From contig NC_086098.1 in assembly GCF_963921235.1 (NCBI RefSeq), positions 24,180,001 to 24,244,000 of the forward strand: a DNA stretch of 64,000 nt, read 5' to 3'. Source of the stretch: Mobula hypostoma. Taxonomy: Eukaryota. Position 1 is the stretch's first letter. Each line of letters starts with the position of its first letter. The notes under the pieces are model-generated. The model made no database searches and was not told the DNA's origin. It saw only the letters and a list, made by a program, of their open reading frames with translations. Below are positions 23,200 through 35,279 of the stretch, piece after piece. Both the position numbers and the translations under genes were made by a program.

Positions 23200-23750
23200 A
23201 TTAATTACTTTGATAGAAAATTAGTGGAGAATGAATTCTAAAAGCAGCAAGATGAGAAAACGCTGCTACTCAGAAGGACTGGGCCATCCTTGAATGCAAT
23301 CCTCAAAAAGGAAAAGTACATGTCAACATTTGTTATCAGCAAGTTAGAGTATAAAAGTCTTACTGCAATTATACAAAATTGGTAAGACCACAGGGGGAAT
23401 ACCATGTACAGTTTTAATCCAAGAATTCACTAAACTACCTTCTCAAAACATTTTCCTATTATGACTAGATAGACTGGGTTTCCATTCACTGGAATTTAGA
23501 AAATTAAAAGATGCAACCCGTTAAGGGCCTTGGCTTAAATATATGATGGAAGGAATCTGGAAGTTTAGAATTAAGATGAAGCCAAGTTTCATCAGAGTTG
23601 TGAATGTTTGGAGCCTTCTATTTCAATGGTCTGCGGATGCTCTTAAAGTACGTTTGAGCTAGCGATCAGATAAATTCAGATACGAGAATGGAGGGAAATG
23701 GAAAACGCGGGGGAGGAATTGCAGTGGATGATCAGTCGTAATCTATATGC
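23200..23750 (+). mobile_element. Highly decayed CR1 3' fragment
   Basis: Residual ttggtaagaccac...accatgtacagttt and tcactggaatttagaaaa segments. Confidence 0.55.
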
Positions 23751-23834
23751 TGCTCCTTGCTAAATGGCACCCTCCTACACTTTCCCGATTACCTGATACA
23801 CCTCCATGAAACGTCAATCATTAACTTTGCATTC

Positions 23835-24562
23835 AAGTTAGCAAGACCAAAGAGCTGATTGTGGACTTCAGAAAGGGTGGGACAAAGGAACACAAACCAA
23901 TACTCATAGAGAAACCAGAAATGGAGAGAGTGAGCAATTTCAAGTTCCTCAGTGTCAATATCTCTGAGGGCCTAATCTAGACGCAATATATTGATGCAGG
24001 TATAAAGAAGGCTATATTTCATTAGGAATTTGAGGAGATTGGGTTTGTCAACTAAAATACTTGAAAACCCTCAACAAATGTACCGTGGAGATTATTCTGA
24101 CTGGCTGCATCACCCTCTGGTATTGAGGGTGGTTTGGGGGTTATTGCACAAAATCGAAGTAAATTGCAGACACTTATAAGATTACTTTGCTCCATATAAT
24201 CCAAGATGTCTTCAAGGAGCGGTGCCTAAGAAAGGCGAGGTCCATCATTAAGGACCCCCTCCACCCAGGGCATGCCCTCTTCTCATTCTGTTACCATCAG
24301 GAAGGACGTATAGAAGCCTGAAGGCACCCACTCAGCGATTCAGGAACAGCTTCTTCCCAGCAGCCATCTGATTTCTAAATGGACATTCAACCAGTGAACA
24401 CTACCTCACTACTTCCTGTTTTAACTTAACTATTTAATCGACATATAATAGAATACTTGCTGTAATTCCATTTTCCTTTATTTATTCATCAGGTATTTCA
24501 TTGTACTGCAAGTTAACAAATTTCACAACATATGCCGTGATATTAAACCTGATTCTGATTCA
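23835..24562 (+). mobile_element. Rex1/Babar-type LINE 3' fragment
   Basis: Encodes KTKELIVDFRK, SNFKFL, IIKDPLHPGHALF; tail aaacctgattctgattc. Confidence 0.85.
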
Positions 24563-25479
24563 ATAAAATGCTGAAACTGCTCTTTTCTTACTCATTCTGT
24601 TTTTAAAAATCTATTTCTTCTTTCTTTCACAATGCAAATAAATACAAGTTGTTGCATTTATCTTTACCCTTCCAGTAAATCAAATTAGGTCAGAATTGGG
24701 AGACGTCCCCCAGCTGCATATGCTGTAGCTGTGGACTTTTTCTTTGACCTCGACAAAAATAATGAAAAGAAATCCCCTTAAGTAAGAATAGTATACACGC
24801 ATCAGTTGCAAGAACAAGCGTCTGGTTTGTCCTTCATGACAAACAATCCAGACACTAATTGCTAAACGAGTTTGAAAATGTTGAGCATAGCAATGATATA
24901 CGTCGCAGGAGTAGTTGCACTATTTGATTCAATCAGTAAATGAAAATTTTAAAAGCTGAAATGTCGGACATCAGAAACACGAAGATGCTGGAAATACTCA
25001 GCTCTTCGTCATAACTACACGGATACCTCATCCGTTCTGTTTCTGTATTCAGTCCATACGGTGTTTTTAAACCATTCGAGCTACTCCGTTTTTTCTTCAT
25101 CATAACCCTCTGGGCTTTTCAACTTTATGAGCCTACCAGCCCAATCCTATCAATTGTCGTGAGCAACACACACAAAATGCTGAAGGAACGCAGCAGGCCA
25201 GCCCAAACTGTTGTGATTTGCTATAACTCATCTACTGATGATGTTGCATGAAATCATAGTGTTTTTACAATTTTTAAATCTGGCGTTCATTTTGTATAAT
25301 TTTCCATTGCAAGGGAGATATCCTATTTCAGGTACATGGATAAGCAACGTTTTGTGCCAAAAGCGGGCGAATACAACTAGCTTAAATTGGGGATTTTGGT
25401 CAGCATGGACCAGTTGGGCAGAAGGGCATGTTTCTATGCTTATGACTCGATGACTTCAGAAATGTTAAAGCGCTGATGT

Positions 25480-26000
25480 ACAATAAGTACGAATAAACAC
25501 CGAAGGAAGGCCAGGAAGATCCAGTGATTGAGACAATTGAGTCTGAGCCGATCCAAGTTCTCGGGTGCGATTGATATGAATCGACGATGTCGGAGTGCGA
25601 TTGCCGCTATCGATGCTCTCGGAGTGCAGCTGATCGCGTTGTCATGGCGGCGGTAGCGGCGGCTGTTGACACTCAGGTTTCGGCCTCGGGAGAGTCCCAG
25701 GCTCCCGATGTGGCCGGAAGGGAGTCCGTCAGCCCAACTCCAGCGCCCGCCTTGACACCCGTCGTGTCTCCGACCCCCGCACCATCCGGTACTCCGTTGC
25801 CAGGGACGGCCCCCGCCCCGGGAGATTCCGAGGATCCCGCCGCTTCCCCCGGTCGCACTTCGGCCCTGGCAGAGACTGGGAGCAGCTTCGATAAAAAATG
25901 CATCTTCTGTAAAATCGGGAGTAAAGAGCAGCCGGCGGACCTGGTGCATTGGGTGAGGCGGCGGAGCTGTCCTCGGGGTGAAGGGAGGTCGGACGGCTTC
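25480..26000. promoter_or_regulatory. CpG island over the HINT3 5' end
   Basis: Dense CpG and high GC against an AT-rich, CpG-depleted background. Confidence 0.75.
25644..25952 (+). CDS. HINT3: HINT3 exon 1 (histidine triad nucleotide-binding protein 3)
   Basis: gtcATGG good Kozak (an in-frame upstream ATG at 25587 is also possible); ends FDKKCIFCKIGSKEQPADLVHW; donor gtgagg. Confidence 0.88.
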
Positions 26001-26454
26001 CTCCCTGTTCAGTTTCATCACTCGGGCTGGGGAGAGGAGGGTGGCATGGAGATGGGGAGAAAGGGTTGATAGTGGTGAGGTTGATAGTTGATGTACTTTA
26101 TTATGGAACTTAACATCGTTAATAACCATTCTGATTATGTTCAAGTGCAGCACTCTCGAAATCAAAGTTAAACCGTTTTTTTAAAAAACCACTCGAGACC
26201 CCAATCTCACACTGAAATAGAGTGGAAAGAAATTTAGATAATGAGTTATTAACCAAACCAACCATAGCATATCTGATGTGCTGAAAGTTTTAACCAGCTA
26301 AATGTACTACTACAATTATGGTAAATTATGCAATCTGTATGAGGGAAATGAATGAAGATGAGTGGGACTGAAATAAATGTACATTACTTTGTATTACCAA
26401 TTTGAAAATGTGACAAGAGATAATTAAAATAAAAACTGCCAAACTGGAAAAGAC

Positions 26455-26648
26455 CCTATCGTAACTGCCTCCACCACCGTTGGCGGCAGCCCATTCCACA
26501 CACCCACCACTCTCTGCGTGAAAAAAAATACCCCTGACATCTCCTCAGTACCTACTCCCCAGCACCTTAAACCTGTGTCCTCTTGTGGCAACCATTTCAG
26601 CCCTGGGAAAAAGCCTCTTGACTATCCACACGATCAATGCCTCTCAGC
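26455..26648 (-). mobile_element. CR1 3' fragment
   Basis: Reverse complement of the CR1 segment encoding TRGHRFKV...RVVGVWNGLP. Confidence 0.8.
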
Positions 26649-26735
26649 AAAATTGTAATGCAACATCCAATAAGAACATCAGATTTAAAATACTACTAAT
26701 TTAACATAGCACAGTAGATATTTCAATGTGTTAAT

Positions 26736-29700
26736 CAGTCGTTCCCAAAGTGGGTGACATCAAGCCCTGGTGGCAGTGGGAGTCTCTAAACAGGTGATAA
26801 AGATAAGGGGTGCTCAGTGGCAAGTGGAGCAGCTGAGGGATTACAGGCTTATTTTAAGAAATTTATTACATCTTATAAGCATTGGATCATCAGTGCCCCA
26901 TAAATGATTACAATTGCAGTGTAATCACTGCTAATCCACTGTTCTCTTAGACTTTGTTCGAACTGCATTATAGTTACACTTCTGTATTTGGCATATCATG
27001 ATAAATCTGGACTGAAGAAATTTGTGTTACTTCCAGACCCAGCCCATGCATTATTGCTGTTCACTACTGTAGTACAGTGTTAGTACGATTCCCATACTCT
27101 AATCATGCAATGACAGAGTTCCTGTGAATTAAGGTACGGTGTTGGATGGGGTGAAGTTCGGAATCTGCCCTTTTGAATAGTCTTGACAGCATTTCTCTAG
27201 CCTATGGCCCAACTGAGATATTGCTGCCCCACTTTATGTACTTTCAGGCAGAGAGTCTGTTTTTGCCTGAGATATGATGACATCATAACTTTCCCCTTTT
27301 TGATCGCACCACTTGAGGTTGGATTTAAACCAAAGCTGATTGACCATGGTTGTTAATCCATAGTGAAAATGGCAGAAGCGGACCAAACAAAAAAGTGTAG
27401 AGTACCTGAAATAATGGATTTATACCAGTACTAAGCAACCAATTACAGCTAACATGTCTGTTGTGTGATGATGTTTTTTTCAAGTGAAGATTTTTTTTTC
27501 AAATGAAGCAATGAAACCGTCCAGGTTCCTTTAACATTTGAAGAGAATACTTACTGTCATTACACATCTGGTGTTTAGGGCAGCAATGAAAGTTCTCAAT
27601 CTCTGCCGGTGTTCAAGGCTTTCTTCATCACGTCAGAAGCTTCCTCTCGGTTTTCACTACGGTCAGTCACACAGGTCCAGAGTGGAGACAGAAATGCTGT
27701 CACACTCAGATGTAGAAGGATTCTTCATTGCTATTTCCATAACAATTTTGCTTTACTGGTCAAAGTTGTTAGCCCTGAGCTAAACCCCCAAACCTGGAGA
27801 ACCGGTGGACCATTCTTAGTCTGGCCTCTACCTTTTGACCTGTTTTGGCATGTTTGACCCTACCAAGAGCCAAAGCATAAAGCTTTGATTCCACACAACA
27901 TAGCTCTCTGGGTCATTGAGGCACACCAGTCTCCAAACGCAACAACAAGGCTGTGGTCTTCTTGGAGGATTTGAAGAGAATACACTCTCATAAATCAAAC
28001 AAGAACCTGGTTTACCTTCAGTCATTTTGTAAAAACTTTCTGAAATGGAAAACACTTCAAAACATGTTTGCACGCACTTCACACCAAAACAGTGATGGTT
28101 TGCGTGCCTCATACATTTCATTGCTGTATCTGGAAAGCCCATACAATTGGAGAAGAACTGATTCTGCCAGCAGTAAGGGAGGTTCTGAGTATGGTTTAGC
28201 ATAAGTCACCAGATCAAATAATTGAAGTGATTCGGCTCAGTGACAACTCTGTTCAAAGGCAAATAGATAAAATGTCTGAGAATGTAAAATACACATGGAG
28301 TATCATATTTAGGACACCAGAATTTGCTCTTGCAGGTGGATGAGACAACTTTGCCAGGCAATGAATCTTTGCTTCCTGGTTATATTCTCATCATACAAGG
28401 TGAAAGCATGGTCCAAGTTATTATTTTCAAGGGCACTTGAAACAGAAGTATTTTGGTTTGTTGAACAATTTTTCAAAGAAGGACATTCTGCTCACCATCA
28501 TCATTACTTATGCAACATATAGGGCATTATCAATGAAAGGATGCCACCATGGGGTTATTACTTTCTTGAAAAAAGCTGTACCTAATGTTTACTGTTCACT
28601 GTGTAATTCACAGCATCTTGTCGCAAAAAGCGTAAGTGATCAGCTGTACAGATAATAAATGCTATTATCTTAGAGGTAACTAAAATCAAGTTCCATTCTC
28701 TCAATTGTCGACTATTTTGAGAGCTTTGTATTGCGAATGATGAACAGTTTGAACACTTCCTGTTGCATACAGAAGTCAGATGTTTCTCAAAAGAAAACTG
28801 CTTGAAAGATGTCAATGTACTTTTTGAAACTGATAAAATTATTTGAAGACTCAAATGCTTCATTCAGCAAACAACTTAAGAATATTAAGCATGACATTGC
28901 TTATCTGTTGCGATTATTTGCAAAGTTTACTGAAATCAATCTTCAATTGCAAGGAAACTATGTGAATCTTATCAAAGTCAAATCAGTCATCTTCACATTT
29001 CTGTCCAAGTTAACCCTATTTAAGTGCAACATCAGTCTTTGTGACCTTTTCCAATTTCTGAGCCTCTCTGAGTTGGAAGAGAAAGAAAGAATACAAGATG
29101 ATCTTCAGGTATACTCTGCACACCTGGGTGAGCTGCATAAAGACATGACAGAGATTTCAGCATCTTCCCACTATCCAAATTCCAGATTGGTTAATAAATC
29201 CATTCCTAACACTGGTAATGAGGAATTAGCAGGAAGGATGGAGGAAGACTTGATCTCATTATGAAATGACTTGGCTAAAGCCAAGGTTCAAAAATCATTT
29301 CAAGACTTTTGGTTGCAGAAAGAAATCTCTGAACACTATATTGCACCTTGGAAAAAGGTCAAGATGTTCTCTATTACCTTTCCGACATATTTAGTGGAGC
29401 ACAGTTTCATTGCAGTTGTCGACAACTTCTTTCAAAACAACAAAGCAGACTGCAAATTACTGAACACGGGGATCTGAGACTCCTGAGTGACGTTTAGCCT
29501 GTATGTCATTGCATCAAGCCCACCCATCTCAGTGAAATGTGATAAAGCAATAAAGTAATGAATAATTGGACTGCTAATGTATGCTCTAAAATTGTTGATG
29601 GAAATTGTTTTACTGTAGTTAAATAAAGAAATAATTTTATTTGTTGCTTTGTATAGATTTTGCAGTTATTTGTCACCGCTTTGAATTTGCAGTTCCTATT

Positions 29701-29830
29701 TTCTTTCACTATGCATCATAAATCAAAATTCTTTACAGTTTTAATGTAATTGCTGGAAAGAGAGAGAGGAGGCACTGGGGATGTAGTCTGGGAGCCAAAG
29801 AAGTTAAATGAAAGTGAATTTGGGAAATCA
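26736..29830 (+). mobile_element. Decayed hAT DNA transposon, Charlie/Buster (ZBED5/ZBED8-like) group
   Basis: Left end cagtcgttcccaaa and degenerate right end tttgggaaatcag; transposase remnants from about 27369 (FSNEAMKPSR, HCVIH, INLQLQG, FWLQKE, FPTYLVEHSF) with many stops and frameshifts. Confidence 0.85.
27551..27968 (-). mobile_element. Short non-autonomous retroelement (RTE-related) with 15-bp TSD
   Basis: atttgaagagaatac duplicated at 27536-27550 and 27969-27983; minus strand has the RTE 5'UTR-like ccaggtttgggggtttagctcagggctaacaac; family assignment is from recall. Confidence 0.7.
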
Positions 29831-29974
29831 GATATTGTGATTAGAATTCTGCATTTACCAAGTTCCGGGTCTGCTTAGTATCACATATAACACAAAATAT
29901 CTCCTAATAATTATATCCTTAAAATAACATGCTGAGGTGTGAATATTTAAACCATTGCATTTTATTTTGTTCAG

Positions 29975-30092
29975 GATGAACAGTTTGCTTGTTTTCGGGA
30001 CATCCGACCTGGTGCACCCCATCATTATCTTGTAGTGCCAAGGAAACATGTTGGAAATTGCAAATCTCTGAAAAAGGAACACATACCAATAG
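29975..30092 (+). CDS. HINT3: HINT3 exon 2
   Basis: ttcag acceptor; DEQFACFRDIRPGAPHHYLVVPRKHVGNCKSLKKEHIPI plus G; gtgaga donor; 118 nt. Confidence 0.96.
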
Positions 30093-30349
30093 GTGAGATT
30101 GTACTGACACAATTTTTTTAAAGAAATCAGAGGGACTTTTTTTTTGTTTTAAATCATGTTCCAACCCTTTACAGTATCCTTTATCTGTTGAAAAGTTCTT
30201 GTAAAAACTTTGCAAATGCATAATTAAAGTTTTCCAAAAAAAACTCTTTAACTTTTGACAGACCAATGACCCGGTTTAGATATAGAAACCTGGGTTAGGC
30301 AGCGTCTCAGGAGAAAGACATTTTTTTTAGTATTTCAGGTCAGTGATTT

Positions 30350-31120
30350 AGCAGATGGAATTCAATGCAGGGAAGTGTATGGTCATGCACTTTGGTAAAA
30401 GGAATAAAGGTGTAGACTATTTTCTAAATGGGGAGCAAGTTCAGAAAGAGAGGTGCCAAGGGATTTGGAAGTCCTAGTGCAGAACCCCTAAAGGTTAACT
30501 TGCAAGTTGAGTCAATGGTAAAGAAGACAAATGTAATGTTAGCATTAATTGCCAAAGGACTAAAACATAAAAGAAAGTTGTAATGGTAAGAGGCTTTTTA
30601 AGTCATTGGTCAGACTGCATTTGGAGTATATGACCACTTTTAGGCCCCGTATTTAAGAAAGGATGTGCTGGCAATGGAGAGGGTCCAGAGAAGGTTTACG
30701 AGAATGACCCTGGAAATGAAAGGGTTAACATATGAAGCTCTGTATTCACTGGAGCTTAGAAAAACGAGGGGAGATATAACTGAAACCAACCAGTATTGAA
30801 AGTCTAGATAGAGTAGACATGGAGAGGATATTTCCAATAGTGGGAGAGTCTGGGACCAGAGGGCACAGCCTCAGAATAGGACATATCTTTAGAACAAAGA
30901 TGAGGGGAATTTCTTTAGCCTGAGGGTAGTGAATGTAGAATTTATTGCCATAGACAGCTGTGAGTATATTTAAAGCAGAGGTTGATATGTACCTAATTAG
31001 TAAGGGTGTTGAAGGTTACAGGAGATTGAAGGCAGGGAAAATAAATCAGCTATGATCGAATGATGGAGCAGACTGGATGGGCTGAACTGCCTAATTTTAC
31101 TCCTTTGTCTTATGGTCTTA
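30350..31120 (+). mobile_element. Decayed CR1 3' fragment
   Basis: QMEFNAGKCMVMHFG and ERVQRRFTRM-type sequence plus CR1 3'UTR. Confidence 0.85.
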
Positions 31121-31639
31121 TTTTTTGGCAGAACTGAATAAAGTTGGGGATGAAACAACATGCTTTTCACTGGCTCTGGATGGAACACTGGCATTTAACT
31201 GTTGAGATGACAGCATCCCAGATGTTTAGCCGTTGAAATGACAAAATATCTGTTATTTTCATGCGTGTTTTACAAATACAGACAGCCTGAAGTGATTGAC
31301 AGCAGGTTACATTATATCTGAGGATACAATCCCTTAAACTGCAGACCCCTCTTGGATTCTGTGGCGGGTTAGTCGGTGCAGCATTTGAGACCTCCAAGTT
31401 TCATTTAGGATTGTAGCGATGTATTGTAAGGCAAGCTCCTTTTTGTTTTTAAATTATTTATGATTAAGTTAGCATTTTTCATTTTTAATGTTTTCATATA
31501 ATTTCATTGTAGTGTGAAGATTATGATAGAACAAGAGGGGGAGGGGTAAGCAGTATTACAATGTCTTTTGGGTATCTTTTTTTAACTCAGAGAGTGGCAA
31601 GTCCATGATGTTAGTAATTATGGGGTCTTGCTGATAAGT

Positions 31640-32630
31640 GAAGGAGGAACTACAGAGAGATCTTGATCAGTTAGGGAGATGGGCAGAGGAATGGCAAATG
31701 GATTTCAACCTAGATAAATATGAGGTGATACAATTAAAGCAGGGAAGGATTCATACAAGGATTGGCAGGGCACTGGGACCTGGAGTGCAAGGGCACAGTT
31801 CACTGAAAGTGGTAACGTAAGTAGACAGGGTAGTAAAGGCGGTGTTTAGTGTGATAGCCTCCTTTGGTCAGGGCATCGAGGTTTGGAGTAAGGACATTAT
31901 GTTGCATTTACACAAATCATTGGTGAGGCCACACTTGGAATACAGTGTACAGTTTAGGTCACCCTGTTATTAAGAAAAACATGGTCAAGCTGGAGGTTTG
32001 CGAAAATGCTGTCTAGACTAGAGGACCAGAGTTATAGGAAGAGGGTGGCTATGCTGGATCTTTATTCCTTGGAGTACAGGAGAATAAGGTATAACCACAT
32101 CAAGGTTTATCATGAAAAGTATTGATTGGGTGAACAGTCATCATATTTTCCCCAGGGTTGGAGAGCCCAAAACTAGAGCGAACAGATAGAAAATAAGTGT
32201 GGAGAGGTTTAAAAGAGATTGAGCGGTAACTTCTTTATACAGAGGGTAGTGCGTAACTCGAATGAGCTGCCAAAGGAAGTGGCTGAGGCAGGGACAACTG
32301 CAAAATTTAAGAGATGTTTGGGTAGATACATGGAGGGGAGGGACTTGGAGAATTATGCAAGGCAGCTAGGACTAGCAGAGAGGATGCTGTGGTCAGCATG
32401 GACCATCTGGGCCAAAGGGTCTGTGCTGTATTACTCTGTACCCGGAATGCATCACCTAAGAGAGTGGTGCAAGCAGAGTTACTAAGAGCATTTAGGAAGT
32501 ATTCTGATGAACAGTTGAAAGACCTAGGCAGAGAAAGCTGTGGGACAAGTGCTAGAAAATGGGATTGATATGGATTGGTGCCCATTGGTCAAGAGTGGAT
32601 GTGCTAGGCTGAATGCTCTTTTCCATATTA
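31640..32630 (+). mobile_element. Decayed CR1 3' fragments
   Basis: LQRDLDQLGRWAEEWQMDFN and NFFIQRVVRNSNELP. Confidence 0.85.
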
Positions 32631-33094
32631 TATAATTATCGCTATTAATAGTTTTTGAATGCCTCATTGTGAGAAACACTTATGAACTAATAGAAAATCT
32701 TTTTGGCTCTAACAGTCAATAAAGTTGGAGCAAGAGGTTTCCTGACTCTTGAAATTCTTGGAGTTTTAGGAAAGGGGCTTTCTTATGCGTCATTGGCAGT
32801 TCTGCAGATTTAGATAGGCTGGAGGCTGCATTGATTAGTATGGTCATCAGGACTAGGTTAGTATTGTCATAGGGCATCCAGGGATGATGATTCTATGAGA
32901 TGAAACTTGGCCAGCTGGATTCAGCTCAACGTGTTTTATAAAGGAGAGGAAGAGTGGAAGGAAGAAGGGTCGAGTACAAGAGGCAGTGATTGTGTGAAAG
33001 GTATGAATGAATAAATTACAAAAGTGTTAATGGAGTAAGATGAAAGAAGGTGCTAAAGAGATGATCTGAAGTTTTTCCTGTATATATCCACTGG

Positions 33095-35150
33095 ACCATA
33101 AGACATAGGAGCAGAATTGTAGGCATTTTAGCTCATCAAGTCCACTCTGCCATAACTGATCCCAGGTTCCATTTGCCTCCATACTCCTGCCCTCTCATCA
33201 TATCCCTTGATGTCTCAACCAATCAGGAAACTATCAACTTTTGCTTTGAATACACCCACGGACTTGGCCTCCACTGCAGTCTGTGGCAAAGCATTCCACA
33301 AATTCACCACTCTTTGACTTAAAAAAATCCTCCTTCTACTCTAAAGAAGCCCCTCAATTTTGAGGCTGTGCCCTCCAGTTCTGAACATCCTCCACATCCA
33401 CCTTATCTAGTCCTTTTAACATTCGGTAGGTTTCAATGAGATCCCCATGCATTCTTCTAAATTCCAGTGAGTACAGACCCAAAGCTGCCAAACACTCCTT
33501 ATATGTTAACTCTTTCATTCCCAAAATCATCCTCATGAACCTCTTCTGGACTCTCTCCAATGACAATACATCCTTTCTGAGATATGAGGCCCTAAACTGT
33601 TGACAATACTCCAAGTGCGGCCTGACTACTGTCTCATAAAGCTTCAGCATTATCTCCTTATTTTTATATTCGATTCCCCTTGAAATAAATGCCAACATTG
33701 CATTTTAGATTAGATTAGATTATGAGGACTCTCAGTTCTCATTTATTGTCAATTACAAATGCATGCATTAAGAAATGATACAATGTTCCTCCAGTATGAT
33801 ATCACAGAAACACAGGACAGACCAAGACTAAAACTGACAAAAACCACATAATTATAACATATAGTTACAACAGTGCAAAGCAATACCGTGACTTGATAAA
33901 GAGCAGACCATGGGCATGGTAAAAAAAAGTCTCAAAGTCCCGATAGCCTCATCATCTCACGCAGACGGTAGAAGGGAGAAACTCTCCCTGCCATGAACCT
34001 CCAGTGCCGCAAACTTGCCGATGCAGCACCTGGAAGTATCTGACCACAGCCGACTCTGAGTCCGTCTGAAAACTTCGAGTCTCCGACACCGAGCACCAAG
34101 CACCATCTCTGCCGAGCGCTTCGACTCTGCCCCGGCCGCTGAGCAACGAGCAAAGCCAAGGACTCGGGGCCTTCCCCTCTGGAGATTCTGGATCACACAG
34201 TAGCCGTGGCAGTGAAACAGGCATTCCAGAAGTTTCACCAGATGTTCCTCCGTGCTCTCACATCTGTCTCCATCAAATCAGGATTGTGCACGACACCCTA
34301 CTTGACAAATAACAGATAACATCACTAGAGTAGCCGCTGCGCGCTGCGTCGTGCCGCCATCTTCTCCTTCATTTGTCTTCTTTACCACAGACTCAACCTG
34401 TGAATTAGCCTGGGAGCCTTGCACTAGGACTCCGAAGTCCTGTTGCACCTTTGATGTTTGTATTTTCTCCCCATTTAGATAATAGTCTGCACTATTGTTC
34501 CCTTTACCAAAATGCATTATCATACATTTTCCAACACTGTATTTCATCTGCCACTTTTCTGTCCATTCTTCCAACTTATCTATGTCCTGCTGCAATCGCA
34601 TTGCTTCCTCAGCACTACCTACTCCTCCACCCATTTTCGTATCATCCGCAAACTTTGTAACAGAGCCATCAATTCCACTACCTAAATCATTGACAAACTA
34701 TGTGGAAAGCAGTGGCCCCAATACTGACCCCTGAGGAACACTACTTGTCACTGGCAGCCAACCAGAAGAGGCCCCCTTTATTCCCATTTGCTGCCTCCTG
34801 CCTGTCAACCTGTCGGATTTGTCAGGCAAGATTTCTCTTTACAGAAACCATGCTGACTTTGACTTATTTTATCATTAGTCTCGAGGTACCCTTAATAATG
34901 GATTCCAACACTTTCCCAACCACTGAGGTTAGGCCAACCGGCCTATAATTTACTCTGTTTTGCTTTTTCCCTTCTTAAAGAGTGGAGTGATATTTGCAAT
35001 TTTCCAGTCCTCCAGGATCAGGCCAGAATCATGTGATTCTTGAAAGGTCATGACCAATGCATCTATTATCTCTTCAGCAACCTCTTTCAGGACTCTGAGA
35101 TGTAGTCTATCTGGTTCAGGTGACTTATCCACCTTAAGACCTTTCAGTTT
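33095..35150 (-). mobile_element. Decayed CR1 (RT to 3'UTR), interrupted at about 33706-34369
   Basis: DKSPEPDRLHLRVLKEVAEEI, LQQDIDKLEEWTEKWQM, LAFISRGIEYK on the minus strand. Confidence 0.9.
33706..34369 (-). mobile_element. Non-autonomous non-LTR element with GC-rich 5' end and (tctaa)n tail
   Basis: Minus strand begins ggagaagatggcggcacgacgcagcg and ends in (tctaa)3; short cattt duplication at both flanks; splits a CR1. Confidence 0.7.
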
Positions 35151-35279
35151 GACTAGTATTGCAAACTGCCTAGACTTGCTGAGTATTCTTGCAGTTCCTG
35201 TTTGTATTTCTGACTTCCAATATTTACAGGATTGATTTTAACCATTCATTGATTGATTACCAATGTTTTTGCTTACCAC

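Noticed and set aside
25440-26165. 241-aa antisense ORF over HINT3 exon 1
   Set aside because: Expected from stop-codon scarcity in a GC-rich CpG island; no recognisable domain
27369-29535. Domesticated ZBED5/ZBED8-like gene
   Set aside because: Numerous stops and frameshifts, a retroelement insertion in the coding region, and retained TIRs
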